Below are positions 35,301 to 50,300 of a stretch of 64,000 bases of DNA, piece after piece. A program made the translations under genes and the position numbers. The notes beneath the pieces were generated by a model. The model worked only from the letters and a program-made list of their open reading frames with translations. It was not told the DNA's origin and did no database searches. Every line of letters starts with the position of its first letter. Positions within the stretch are counted from its first letter, which is position 1. Source of the DNA: Podarcis vaucheri (lineage: Eukaryota); NCBI GenBank assembly GCA_965113315.1, contig OZ220365.1. One strand, 5' to 3'.

Positions 35301-38300
35301 GCTTTTTGCCAACCTGGTGCCTTCCAGTTGTTTCTGGAGCTGAAGGGAGTTGGAGTCCAAAACATCTGGAGGTCATCAGGTTAGGGATAGATGACAGCTG
35401 GGATAGCTCAGTCCATAGAGCATAAGACTCTTAATATCAGGGTTGTGGTTAAAGCCCCATGTTGGGGAAAAGATTCTTGCATTGTAGGGGCTTGGATTAG
35501 ATGATTTTCATTGTCACTTCCAACTCTTCAACTCTTTGATTCTATGATTTATGAATGGGCAACTTCATACATTATAGCTGCCTCATAAAGGATGGCGAGA
35601 AATGCTTTTGCATGATGGAACCATAGTGTGTAAAAACAGGTTACTGTGTAGACTGGCACCTGCCACAAAGTCCCCGACATAGTGGTGGCCTATGGTACTG
35701 TGGAAAATTAAGTGGCAAGCAGATTACAGCTCTGCTTGTTGCTGCTGTCAACAGGCAGCAAATTAAATCCACCGGTGGGTGGGCACTGGTTTCTGAAGAG
35801 GACAGCCAGAGGGCACTTTGCCAGGGCGCTACTTCAAATCTGGCCCTGGTTAATTTAGTCTGAGAAATTAAGGGACGGATTTCATTTAAAAAAATATCCC
35901 TTCTAGTTCATTCAAAAATTACAGCAACATCAAAAAAAAGCATTCAAGTGTAAGGAAAGTTGTCTAAGAGCAAGATTGTTTGTGAAGAGCTCAAGAAGCT
36001 TTCTTCTCAAACTATCAAGCTCAGATTTTTTAAATTTAAAAGAAAACAGCAGTTTAAACTTCAGTGTTGCTTTCTTTTTAGGTTGTGGTACCAAGCAACA
36101 CCCGCAATATTTTACTAGAGCGTCTGATTCCTGATATGCCCTATTCTGTCAATGTTGTTGCTTTGTATGCTGATGGAGAAGGAGATCCAAGTCCTGGACA
36201 GGGAAGGACATGTAAGCAGAAAACACGTTTTATTGCTAGGATATAGTTGTATGTTATGAATTATTATTCTCTCCAAGCTCTGCCGGTATTGTTCAGTTGT
36301 CACTTTTCTGCATTAGGTCTTACTTGCAGATAAGCTATTGCACGGCTTCATACAGTGAAAAAGGGTTACTTTCTAGACTTCAGTTTTCCAAATTCCACTT
36401 CATTTTGTGCGCTTATTTATCTCTTCTTTTTCTTTTAGTGCCTCGCAGTGGGCCCAGGAACATAAGAGTCTTTAATCCTACTACAAACAGCCTTTCCGTC
36501 CAATGGGAACATGCTGATGGGCCTGTGCAGCAATACAGAATCATATATTCTCCCACGGTTGGAGATCCCATAGATGAATATGTAAGTGTTCTCATGAAGG
36601 CATGTTAGAAATATATCACAGCTTATTTACTTCAGTTTAAGTATTTTTGGCTTTAGCTTCCAGAGGAAGTCAGTTTATCAGGGATTCTGCATGTTTACAT
36701 TCCTATTGAATCATTTTGTTCTACTTTGTAAGCTTGCATTTTCCTGTCCCATAGGTATTGATGGATTGAAAAATACATTACTTGTCTGCTGTTTGCAAAA
36801 ATATGAGCATGTGCAATTAGCCAAACCATAGTGTGTATAGTCTGTGTACAGACAATAGTTATCTATGGAGGTGTTTCCTTTACCCTTCAGTGTACACATT
36901 CATTATTTCATTTCCCCCCCAGGGATATCTCTGATATTTGGCATGCTTTAGTGGTGCTACAAAAGCAAAACTAGGGGGGATTTACTTTGTTTTTTGTTTT
37001 TTTACTGAAGCCATAAGATCCACCCACCAGAGCGATGTGAAAAAGAATTCAAGAATTCCAAACCTTTGAGTTTGTTTTGAGCACCAGGCCTGAGCTCAGT
37101 AGTCCTTGCCCACCCACAGTAAAGGCACACCCTTTCAAGAATATTCCCCTCTCCCAGAATGTGTCCTCCTTTGGACAGAGTACACTCTTTCCTCTATCTA
37201 AACATTTCCTCATTAGTTAGAAAAATAAATGCACAGGTTTCTTATGGTGTAGCAAAGCTCCTCCCTCTTCTTTCCGTATTTTGCATAGATACCAGACTAC
37301 TGAAATGGAATTAGTACTTCCTTAGCAGCAAGTGGTAAACTTTATTCTGAGCAACATTTGTCTGTACAGAGCTTTTTGGTACAATCCAGTGCAGATTTAA
37401 GCATACACAAGGTCTTTTGACATGTTTAAGATCATTGATACTAATGGACTTAAGTTTGCTGAACTCTGTGTTGGATTGTATCTTAAGTACAACCTTGGTT
37501 CCCTTTGACAATTTCTAACTGGCCTTACAGTACACATTCCTCTTTTGTGGAGCTATATATTTCTGTGAGCCTGCTCTATGCAGTTGGGGAGATCAACAGA
37601 GAGCAACCTTAATTGTCATCTGTGTCTAATGACCATCATGTATCTGACTATTATGAGCGGTATTGGCAGTCTGCAGCTTTGATCTTTTTTCCCTTTTTTT
37701 GGAGTTCTGCCAAGATTTTTATAATTTGCAAGTGAACTTCCTTCTCCTTATTTGGCAGCACAACTTCGGTGAATGCCTGCGGAATTTTCTTAGAGATGCA
37801 CAGCGCAGCCAAATTATTTCCCCATAGGGAGGTTGATGGCATGACTTCTGACTTCTGTGGAAACTTAGTTCAGCCCATAAAAACACCACCTAATTGTTCG
37901 TGATGGTTACTTACTTCTGAATGATAATATATTCTGCTACAACGGCATTATACGGAAAGCACATTGTACTGAAAATGGTGCTCATGCAATAAAGAAATGG
38001 TGCTCTCCATTTCACCATTGGAATTTCATTCACTTGGGGGAGGGGAATTATAGGCAAATCTTCCTAGAAACATTGAAGAAATAAATATGAACTATCCAGA
38101 GGACATTTTAACCATCACATTTAAATATTACTTATGATGGTTCCCACCCCTTACCCTCCACAATTCTCATCTTTTTTCATCTGGGCTATGTACTTATTAC
38201 TGTCTTAAAATGTAGCTAGGCTGGGTCTTGTTCTTAGTTCCAATAAAAGCTGATTTGGAGCAGAGTGTATCAAACCTCAGTATTACATAAGAAACAACAG

Positions 38301-41300
38301 GATAGATCTAGGATATATATGGACTTTGGCTATCGTGTACAATGCTTCCCAGACTACTATTGGGAGTACAGAGAATGCAGAACTAATGGGAGTATGTATA
38401 CAGCCCTACTTTCTTCCAGGGCTGTCTCTGTCTTACACATTTTAGATCAAATGCTTGTGTAATGCTTGTTCTACTGAATTGGATGGAGTTATTCCAGACC
38501 ACCAGTTTCTCACCAGAAGCAGAAATATGGTCCTCACATTCTCTGCCATTCTGTTTCCACTCAGACAAACAGCTAAGGACAAGAGTTGTCACTTCTTCTT
38601 CAAACCATTGTCTTAAATATATTTTGAAGGGAACAATTTACAAAATGCAGTTACTAGACTTGGTCCACAGATAGTCTCATCAACTGCTTGTCTGCTACCC
38701 TTCCCTGCTGCCAGTTAAGACAGTACAGTACAGCCATGGTAGTGTGATTATCTGGTTGAGAGGGATGAAGGAACAGGGATGAAGGATGATTGAATTGTGA
38801 ATTCAATCCCCCCTTCCACTTTGCATTCCAAACTGGTGAATAGTTTACTGTCACAACTCCCCAGTCCTTAAAACATGCATTTTCCTCCCACATCTGCTGT
38901 TTTTCTAACAAAGGTGCAGATCTAGAAAAGTGATCTGAGTATGGAAATAAGTAGGGCTTAGTCACATGTATACAGGACAGAACTAGTTGGTTCTACTGTA
39001 CTTCTGCATTCTCTTCCTGCATCAGCCCCTGGTTGCAGACTGTATACTGATTTTTCTACACAGTCCTGTTATTTTCACATGCCAAAAGAAACTGTAGTTG
39101 TTACATACATTGGAGGCTCACTGCACCATCCCAAAGGGTGTTCTGGTCTGCCGCCACTCTCTACTAGTTGCTGTTTTGCCATTCTTTCTCTAAATGTGCA
39201 TGTACAACAGTAGTACCTTCCCCCACATGCAGTTTGTTCATATAAATGGATGTTGGGCTATCCTTGAAAGAAAGGCTTCGGTTTCCTGGACGTGTGCCAG
39301 ACATGTTTGGCAATATGCTTGAGTGTTGCCAGATGCTGCTCTAAAAAAATTCCCATTGGTAACAAACATCACTTTATCCACATTACAATGGCATTTTAAA
39401 ATATAAATATCATAAATTAATGTCCTATCTATTACCCTAGGCAGACTAATTTTGATGGGGCTAAAATTATTATTTAAAAAATGTATCTTTATTATACAAA
39501 TCCATGTGCTCATCATCCTTTTCCTTTTGTGTTCTTTTTACTTTAGAAAAGAAATAGAAATGAAAATAATCACACACACACACACACACCCTATATAAAT
39601 ATTACAGTGAAAATATTTCCTATCCCCCCTTCCCATGCATTGGTTTGGATCCAGAACTGCCCTTCATTCATAGTAGGATCAGATCCTTCTGCTAGTGAAG
39701 GCTGGAGATGACAGAAATGATGCTCTCCATTTTCCCCTGTGCCACCTTCCAAATTGTTCCAGAAGCTCCCCATATGCACTGTACAAGGAGCTTCAAGAGA
39801 TATGGGGAATAAAAGAATGCCATGTACCCCTTCCCTCAGCAGGAGTGTTTTATGTGAATGGAACCTTGCTAATGGGCTTTATGGAACCTATGAATAAAAG
39901 CATAGCTGCTTGTTCAGTGTGGAGTAGAACTCCAAGTTGTACTACTACAGCTTTGAGCAATTTACAGTTCTACAGCATTTACTCGATTCCCATTATGTTC
40001 CAGACAACAGTGCCTGGCAGAAGAAATAATGTGTTGCTACAGCCTTTGCAGTCAGATACACCCTACAAAATTACCGTTGTGGCAGTTTATGAAGATGGAG
40101 ATGGTGGACAGTTGACAGGAAATGGAAAAACAGGTACATCTGAGGTGCTGTTAAATAATATGCAACAACTGAGGTGCAAATGGTCCTTAACTGTCCCGCC
40201 CCCCAGAAGTAGTGGTAGAGGAGTTGCTGCCATTGTTGATATTTGCCAAATTGACCTTCGTTTGAGATCCTATCTCAGCGTTCCTCAAATATTTGCACAT
40301 GCGACATGAAATGCTGTGTGTCTGCATAGGGAAAGATAGAATGTCCCAACACAGAGACATGGCAGAATTACAACCATAACCTGGATCTCTGTGAACACCT
40401 TGGGTTATTTAATCACTATCACTGCCCAATCCATTCCTCTGCTAGATGTCATACAGGCATAGAAATAACATTTTATGCTACCATTCTGCATTCTAACTTT
40501 ATACTCTATTTTTGTCTTCTTCAGTTGGGTTGCTTTCACCTCAGAACATACGCATTTCAGATGAATGGTACACACGGTTCAGAGTTGCCTGGGATCCTTC
40601 ACCATCTCCTGTTCTTGGGTACAAAATTGTCTACAAACCTGTTGGTAAGGATAAGCTTAAGATATTCAAGTACACTTGACATTATTTAATATTGGTTCAT
40701 TTCAAGACTTAAACACTATGAGAATGTGACTGATATAAATGTGAAAATGAGTCTTCTCTCTGAGCCTCTTGGAGATCTGCTCTCATTAAGGCAAATGAAA
40801 ATTCATTTTTTCTTTTAAGGTACCAATGAGCCCATGGAGGTGTTTGTTGGAGATGTGACTTCATATACATTGCACAACCTGTCTCCTAGTACTTCCTATG
40901 ATGTAAATGTTTATGCTCAGTATGATTCTGGACTCAGTGCACCTCTGGTCGATCAAGGCACTACATGTAAGACTACTTTTCATGCTTTTGGTTTCACTGT
41001 ATATTAACACAGAGGAGCCTTTTCTGGGAGAAAAATAACCTCAGATGGGAGATTCCATTAGTTAGAGCATGCCTACCCCATGGGACAGGTAGTGTTAGAG
41101 GATTATGATGGGCTTTCAGAGAAACATGGCATTGTTCAGGAAATGTGCAGTTCTTGGTTACTGTGTAGGAACCTAATACCATTCTGCTATCTTGTGCTTT
41201 ATGTTAGGGATGCAAATACATTTTTCATTATCATAAAATCACATACCCCAGTTACTAAAACTGCAACTTGCTGTTGCTGAGAAAATGTGATTCTTGCCTC

Positions 41301-44300
41301 CCCTCAGTATACATACAGTACCTATTAGTTGCAGTGTGAGTTCAATATCCTATTACTTGTGGTAGAATAAGTGATATTTTAAGAATAAAGACATTCATCA
41401 TAGTTTCATAATTTGCTTTTAGCTTTCATCTTGTAGTTCATGGAAATTTTTCTTTCATGCTTTGCAGTGTATTTAAATGTCACTGACCTAACAAGTTATA
41501 ATGTGGGATGGGACACTTTCTGCATCAAATGGACAGCTCATCGGGCAGCTACTTCTTACAGACTGAAGCTAAATCCAGCTGATGGTAAACATATATATTG
41601 GGTTTTGCATGCAACTAATGTGAAGACTGTAACACATTTCCACCTAAACCTTGAAGAGCAAGGAATCTCCCATCAGTGTGCCTCTCACAGACCCCTACTG
41701 TCATTTCTTGCATTCCTGGGTTCCTCTGAAGATGGATAACTTTAACAAATGGGTTGTGTCCCCAACCAGGGATATGGCAGATGATCTCATTAGAGATCTT
41801 GATCATTGAAAGGCTGGAGGCAGCAGGAACACTTGGGGCAAATACCTGTAGCTCTCCGTAAAACAGTACCAGTGTTTGATTGCTTATAGGAAGTGTTATG
41901 CTCCTCTTGTTCCCCTCCTTTCAACATATTCTGCCTCAGGCTATTCCATAGTTGTCCTTCATTTAAATAATTTTTGCTCCTCGAGAGTTTAGTAGCTGAG
42001 TAGTATGGATAATATCTCTTTCCCATTATTACATATGCCCCTCCTGTTTGTTGCAGGGTATGAATATATAATTTTATAGCACAGCTACTCCCACAGTATC
42101 TCTACTACAAAACAAGAAAAGTATTTTTCACAAATGTGGTACATGTGGGCATTAAGAAACACTAGGGCAGATCAAAGGCCAACTAAGCATCCTTCTCCTC
42201 TGTTGTTATGGAGATCAGTTGTTTCACACCTTTCCCTTTTCGTATCCTGGCACTGTTATGTACCCGCCTGCAATCCATATGCTCCAAACTTTCTTCCAAA
42301 AGTTCTGGAAGCTAAGCAGAACACTCCATTGACGCAACCATTCCCTTCTTTGCTATATGTACTTTAGTTTTCTGCTTTCAGCCATTCAGCAAGCATTCAT
42401 AAGCTTCTATGTTCTAAGCATTTAAAAGTCATTATTTTACTTATTTGCAGGATCCAGAGGGCAAGAAATTACAGTGCGTGGAACAGAAACCAGTCACTGT
42501 TTCACTGGCCTTTCACCAGACACAGAGTATGATGCTACTGTGTTTGTTCAGACTCCAAACCTTGAGGGGCCTCCGGTGTCTACAAGAGAACGAACATGTA
42601 GGTGGCAGATAACAATAAGAGTAGTAGTGGTGGTAATGTTGATTTAAAGTACATTGGATGAATGTGGTCAAAGTAATTGTGCTTGGAGATACAGTATTAT
42701 CATTCTTGAGTTTGTAAAAACACTGTAGTATTTTTAAGGAATCATGGAATCCTAGAATTGTAGAATTGGGAGGGACCCCGAGAGTCATCTAGTCCCCCTA
42801 TAGAAATCTTTTGCCCAACTTGGGGTTTGATCCCAAGACCCTGAAATTAAGAGTCTCATGTTCTATTGACTGAGCTATCAGGCAGAATCTAGTTTTCCTT
42901 TGTTTCCTATTTGTGAGATTTCATGCATGAATTGGGCAACAGATATATTTTTCATGGGGGTGGGATCCTAAAACTTTTGGATTCTAACCTTCTCTTGTCT
43001 GAAAATCTTTCACCAATCATGTATTGTTGCCAGCCAGGTGCTTGGCACTTCTTGACCTCCTGCCAGGATTTTGCAGTCCCAGGTGGGATGATTAGAGTGC
43101 TTTGGGTACAAAAGGTGAACTACAAATGATTTTAACACACTGCCTCTCTTATCTCTTTGTGTGCATACGAAGAACAATAGAAGTTTATTTTCTTAAAGAT
43201 GGACGTGTCAGTTAAGTTGCAACCAAATGAACATCTATCAGTTGTATTTCTCTGCAGTGGATATTACTAATTTCAACTCACAAAGTTAAGAATATTGAAT
43301 ATGTAAAATATTTTAATTCAATATTTTTGTTTTAGTGATCAAGCCAACAGAACCACCAACTCAGCCACCAACTCCCCCTCCTCCTCCAACAATCCCACCT
43401 GCTCGGGATGGTAAGTGCTTGCAAAAGCATTTATCTTATTTCTGCCATGTCTATGAAAGCAGGACTTTGAGAGTACTGTTGACTAAAGGCTCTGATGTTA
43501 CTATAATTTAGGGCGCTCATATTAGCTTGTGAACAGAGAAGTAAGTTCTGCTTAAAACTGTATTTGACTCTTCCCATATATTCCCTTGTCTTTTACGTTT
43601 CCAGAGCGTTCATGTTTGCGTTCTTAGTCTGAGTTCTATAAACATGTTTGGTGCATTTGAGCCTTTGAATGTATTTTTCATAAATTCCAATGGGGGGGGG
43701 AATGGTTTTTTAGATGTATTCTATATGTTACATTGAAAAGCTTGGCACATGCTGTTCTTCAAATTATCATCTCAGTGTCCTTAATTATTCTGTATGTGTC
43801 AGATGACTTAACTGAATCCAATGAACTTTTCAGTATGCAAGGGAGCCAAAGCAGATATAGTCTTCTTGACTGATGCTTCCTGGAGTATTGGAGATGACAA
43901 TTTCCACAAAGTGCTGAAATTCGTTTTTAATACAGTTGGAGCCTTTGACCGAATCAACCCTGCTGGAATTCAGGTTTGTCTATTCTTCCTGTCCAGTAAT
44001 AAACAAGAGAAGCCAAGACTCTAAAGATTCTTAAAAGAAGCTGCTAGATTTAAATTTCAACCAAAGCTAGAAAAGTGATTCAGTCTGTAGCCCATGTTTC
44101 CAGATTCTGTCTTCATGCTTGCACTATGGATTGCATCATCCCCTTTCCATGACCATAAGAGTGTGGATCATAGGTGTTCTCCAGCTCATGGATGGGCATT
44201 TTGCTGATTCCGGGGATGAAGATACAGTAAGAGGGAGACACTTATACTTCCCTAATGGCCATAAGCCCCAGTCACCATTGCCAGTAGTCTGAGATGATGG

Positions 44301-47300
44301 GAGTTGCAGTCCTCAGCATCTGCAGGGTACCACATTTGTTATCCTTGCATTAGTCAATTCACTAGACCTTCAGTTTCCCCACCCTCAACAAATGGCAAAA
44401 CTGGCTAGCTTGAGGCAAAACTGATTCTGACCCTCATAGGATTGAATATTCTTTAAAAGAGTAGCACAGGTGCACAATATTTTGCTACATTTTGCCCTTT
44501 ATACCCTTCTACCCTGGACAAATTGCCACTCTGTCCTTGGTGGGTTGGGTCTTATCGTTTTTCCTACTTGCAAGCCATTCAAAGTTTGGGTGGCCTGATT
44601 TTCAGCAGTGTGGGGTGTATGTGTGTGCTTCCTTTACTTTGTAGTATGGTGAAATGCTTGTTAGACTGTAGAAACCAGACCTTGCAAATGACAGCTTGGC
44701 TGTTTGAAAAACCCTTTCATCACATGCATGGAATAACTGCCAGTAAGCAGGTAAGCCTGTATGTGATGCAGACTGTTTAACTGACAACCACACCCACATC
44801 TTCCAAATCATAGACTAAATCATTCTTATATGTGCCAAATCCTTCATTAATATTTCCGGTACCCCCACTCCCCTCCCCCCGTGGTATTGAACAAAATTGC
44901 ATTGTTGGAGCATTCATTCCATTAATGCCAGATTTAATTTTCTGTTTCAGGTTTCTTTGGTGCAATACAGTGATGATCCAAAGTCTGAGTTCCATTTGAA
45001 TACATATGATGATAAGGCACAAGCACTAGGAGCAATTCAGAATATTCGGTATAGAGGAGGGAACACAAAAACAGGTACTTGTGGGAGGATTTAAGTTCAG
45101 TTTTTTTTAAAAAATAAACATGGCCTCTATGCTTCACAGACTTGGGATTGTATCCATTGTCAGTCCTACTCAGATGTGGAATCTAGACACATAGAAAAAG
45201 AAGTGAAAATGCTGTTTTTAAAAAAAGTTTTGAAAAATATATTGAATTTGCCATAGCTCACCATCACCATCTAGTGCCACATTTGTATAATGCACTTTAC
45301 AACACACTTAAAACATGTTATTTGCAGCTGTATAGCTGAGTCCAAAGTTCAGCCATTGAAAATAATGGACATGACTAACTTAGGCACATTAATTTCTGTC
45401 AGTCTGCTTTGAGTATAACTTAGTTGGATACAATGTTTTAATTTCATTCCAATGTTAATGTGTGTGCTGCTAAGATTATCATTTTTGTTCGATCACCGCA
45501 ATGAATTTCGTTTCACCATCTGCAGGCAAAGCACTTACATTTATCAAAGATAAGGTCTTGACATGGGAAAGTGGTATGAGGAAAGGAGTTCCCAAGGTAC
45601 TTGTTGTTGTAACTGATGGCCGGTCACAGGATGAAGTGAGGAAAGCTGCAGCTGTCATACAACATTCTGGTAAGTTGCTTTTATGTACCATAACTTCGTA
45701 CAACTATAATTCCACTAACTTCATCAAATGTCAGATTCTGTATTGTTAGGAAGGCTGTAATATACACAGTTCAAATAATCAGTGAACATTTGAGAGTCTG
45801 ATATCTGTAAACCAATTTATCCAGTATCACTTTGCAGTGGACTGAATCCAGTGCTGTTCATGTACAAGGAGGGCAGATTTCCACTTGCACATCAGGGGAT
45901 CCTTTGAAGAAGATTTGGGAGGAAGGGGAAGCCATGTAGTGCAAGTGGAAATCTGTTCAAGCAGTTTTGGATTTCACCCTGGGTAAACTCTGTTGTACGT
46001 GTAAGATTTTTATTTGAACATTTATTTATAGAAATATCTACCTGCACCACAGATTTAGTCACTTACCCTCTTCAGGATATGATGTTTTCTTTTTTTTAAA
46101 GGAAACGATAAACGTACACACTTTACACGTCTCCCTTGAGTTGTACGTCATCCCCTCATAACAGATTGCTTAGATGTTATCTTTGAGAAGAACATGTAGA
46201 AATATACTTGTAACAACACTAACTCATTCGATACTACATTTGCAGGTTTCAGTGTCTTTGTTATTGGTGTGGCTGATGTTGATTACCATGAACTGGCCAA
46301 GATCGCCAGCAAACCCAGTGAACGCCATGTCTTTATAGTTGATGACTTTGATGCTTTTGAAAAGATTGAGGATAACCTCATCACCTTTGTTTGTGAGACA
46401 GCTACCTCAAGTAAGTCAAATGCCACTCTTCTCTGTAATCTTCTGAAGAATAAATTTACCTATTGGATTCTAGTGATCAAAGAGCCTTCCATGAGTGGAG
46501 GGACACAATTAGATACAACTGTATGCATTCTTTTCAGTACCATCCTTTCTAGCACATTCCCTCATGCCTCCTCCGCAGAAATCTGCTCTTAATGAAGAGG
46601 GGTGTCCAGATTGTCCTCTGATGCCGTGAGATGGGCTACGCTGCAAAGGGAATATCAACAGAAAGCCCCATGTACACACAACAGCTTATTAGGTGCATGC
46701 TGAAACTCTTAGAATACCAGGCAAAGCATCTGCGATATATAAGCTTGTCTGGTCTCACTCTGAAAACTTCCAAAGGAGGAGATTCTGCAGTAACCCTGCA
46801 CACCTTCCAACAACAAGGCTGCTGGCTCATTCATTATTTCATTTGACATGTTTCTTTTTCTGTTTCAGCTTGCCCTCTCATGTACTTGGATGGGTACACT
46901 TCTCCTGGTAAGAATTTATACACCAGTTTCCCAGCCTAGTAAAGTGTCTTCACATTTTCTAAATTCCACAAGTCTCTTTCCCTTTGAACATAATAATAAT
47001 GATGAAAAACTTGTTCTCCTTTATGATACAGGCTTCAGGATGCTGGAAGCTTACAACTTAACGGAGAAGTATTTTGCTTCAGTACCAGGCATTTCCTTGC
47101 AGTCAGGATCCTACCCCAGTTATGTGGCATACAGGCTTAATAAAAACGCCTTTGTTAGCCAACCCACAATGTAAGCTGTGCTACCTTTCTTCTTTTCTTT
47201 TTTTAACTGGGGAAAGTTGACTGTGTGTGGTTACATGGAACACATAACTTTCTGGAATGATGGGTGATATATTTTGCTTAGTCTGCAACATTAAGAAATA

Positions 47301-50300
47301 TGCTCAAAAGGAACTGCAGCAACTTTCTTAAACAATGTACCACTTTTCTTATTGCTTAAAATGTTTAGTTTCTTCATTCCCTATACAGGCTTTGTTTGTT
47401 TGTTTGTTTGTTTGTTTGTTTGTTTCTTCATTCCCTATACAGGCTTTTATTGACATGGCAATTGAAATCTTTTGCAATTATTCAGTTTCAAACTCAGCTA
47501 TTAGTGGTTAGTGGTGGGGAAAATTTTAGCTATAGATGCATGATGGTAGTTGTTCCATGTTGTTCCATACAGTATATTGCTAGCTGCTAGATATTCTTCA
47601 CCCAGACTCACCAGCTCATTTGCCAATAGGAGAGGAATTCTGAAGGTTTATTAGAATAAAACAGTTCCATAGTTTGGAGAGGGTGCAGCTCCTAAGCCCT
47701 ACAGAAACATGCCAGTGCTCTGTATATAGCCAAGACAAAGCCAGTTTTTGAGGGGAGCAAATTGTACTAAGTGAAAGGAATTCATAGCTTTATTTTCATC
47801 TGATTCCCCCCTCCCTGAATTGCCTCCCAGAAGTCGTCATTGGCCTCTTATTCCTAGCTAGTTCCCCAAAATATTTCTGCTGCTACTCTTTCTCCTCTCC
47901 AGGCAAATTCTAAGGGTCCTGTTGCTTAATGACCCTGAAGATTGCACTGCAGTTTCTGTCACCATTGCCTCTTACCCCTTACAGCAGGCATGGGGAAACT
48001 GGGCTGGGGCTGATGGGAGTTGCAGTTTAGCAACATCTGAAGAGCCAAAAGTTCCCCACACCTGCCTTACAGGCTCAGTCTATGGTCTGGATAGCTATCT
48101 CATTTGGTTATCGAAAAATTAGAATTTAGTACAGTTCTAGTGAATGATTAAGAATCAAATTATGTACCCACCCTAAACAGTTCAGATTCATAATGCTTTT
48201 CATTACAGTGAGAAGGAAAAGCAGTCAAATAGGCAAACTGAAGAATATTGGGAAGTTTAAACAAGCCTTTCCTCCCTTTCTGGCAAGAGCTTCTTTCAGT
48301 CTTAAATACAATGTAGCCCTCTCAGAATTTCTTTTTGAATCTTCTTCAGTACATCAGTCTTTGTGAGGTTTGAGTGGAGCGAGTGATCAACTGCTGAGCA
48401 AAGGTCTGTGTGTTCTGGATCTTGAGTGAACCACAATTTTGTTGTGAAATTTGTGATGCAGATGTCTGCGTGTTGACATTTTCCTACAGTCTTTTCTGTG
48501 TTTCAGATGAAACATTATGGAGTTCTTTAGCCTTTTTCATGCATTTTCAATGAGCAGTAATCTATGATTTCTTTAATAGGGAGATTCATCCAGATGGATT
48601 ACCAAAGGCTTACACTATCATATTGTTATTCCGCCTTCTCCCGGACACCCCCACTGAACCATTCGCAATTTGGCAGATAACAGACAAAGATTACAAACCA
48701 CAAGTTGGAGTTGTTCTTGATTGTAAGAATGATTTCACCTGCTTATAGTATGAATAGAATCTCTAAATGGAACTTTATGGCTAAATTTCCATCCTTTTTT
48801 CCTCAATCTGTCAAGCTCAGAATGTTATTGAAATATTTATTGTTGCAATCCAATATTTGTTCAGCACCAGAGATCAACAGGGAAGAAAATTCTGAGGTAG
48901 ACTGAAACTAATTTGCACAGTTATGTGCAATTTGCATAATATTTGCCTGGACCCTGTGTTTGCAAAACCACAGCTGATTGTGAAATCTTCTATTTGGATG
49001 AAATCATCCAGGAAATGCTTTAACCTGAGGTTTAAAAATAGAAGCACTTAGGAATGGATCAGCCACTAACTGAGAAAGATCTTGCCATTTTTATTATCTG
49101 AAATTATACTTTGCAAACTCTAGAAATGAACATACTGCTCACCAAAGTACACCAACTAGAAGGATGTTAATTCAGTGCTCCTATATCGGCATAATCAAAG
49201 GCCAGGCAGAGTTCCAGCAGTAGATATATTGTTTATTGGTCAGCATTTGTGAGCAGTCAACTAAGCCAGATGTTTCTCTAGTTCATCATATTCTGGTGGC
49301 ATGTTAAAAGAATAAGTAAATACCAGGAAGTTTTGCTTTCATCTTTATACTGAAATAATCTTCCTTCAGAGTTAAACTGCCATAAATCATGCTACTTCTA
49401 TGTGGTGTCTGAGTTTTGAGGGAGGGAAACTGGCAAGTTGGGAACTGCAAGAAGCCATTCATCTCTCAGCCACCTGCAGCAAGCATTGGCACCAGGTGTT
49501 TTAACACAGTGTTTGGCTTATCTCAAAGCGTACTTATCCAAAGTGCTCCAGTAATTGGCTTGCATTCTGTGCCAGTGAGCTTTGTTGTGTCCTATCCATT
49601 TAAAGTTTTATGATAGGTTGATATTTATTTGGGCCCCGAGACATCAAATAATGTACTTTACAATGTGTAATGACCATGAATCTGGTATTATTTCTGTTTA
49701 TTTTTTATTAGTAAACCTGAGACAAGTGGATAATAAACATTCATGATTTGGCCCTAGTAATACATTCTTTGCTGCTTCTGACAAGTTTAATCAAATTAGG
49801 CTGCATATGTTACTGGGGGCATGGAGTGTTATAAAACTGTAACTAATTAACCATGCATATAGTCAATAATTTTTTTTCCTCCCCCAGCATCCAGCAAAGT
49901 ATTATCATTCTTTAACAAGGACACAAGAGGAGAGGTTCAGACAGTAACATTTGAAGGTGATGAAGTTAAGAAACTCTTTTATGGAAGTTTCCACAAGGTA
50001 AATGCTGACAATTGTGTGCAAATTGTTATGAACAAAAGCATTTTTCTTGAGAACAAAAACCATACTTGCTAGTTAGTAGATATAGATAGATTTAATAATT
50101 TATAAGTCAATTCAAGCAAATATTCTTGAGCTTTTACCGTTAACGTAGATTGAATATTTATGATAGGTTAACATATTGAATATGTCCAGTTCAATGGGGC
50201 TTGATTGCAAGTAATTGAGTTCAGAATCACAGCTAAAAGGTGGTAAATACTATAATATGGGCCTGCTATGATTTCTGAATGCCATTGCATTGTTTGTCAT

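Noticed and set aside
39695-40309. Longest ORF (204 aa) as an independent gene
   Set aside because: It is exon w25 (40004-40133) read through into stop-free intron flanks; only the exon part looks like FN3.
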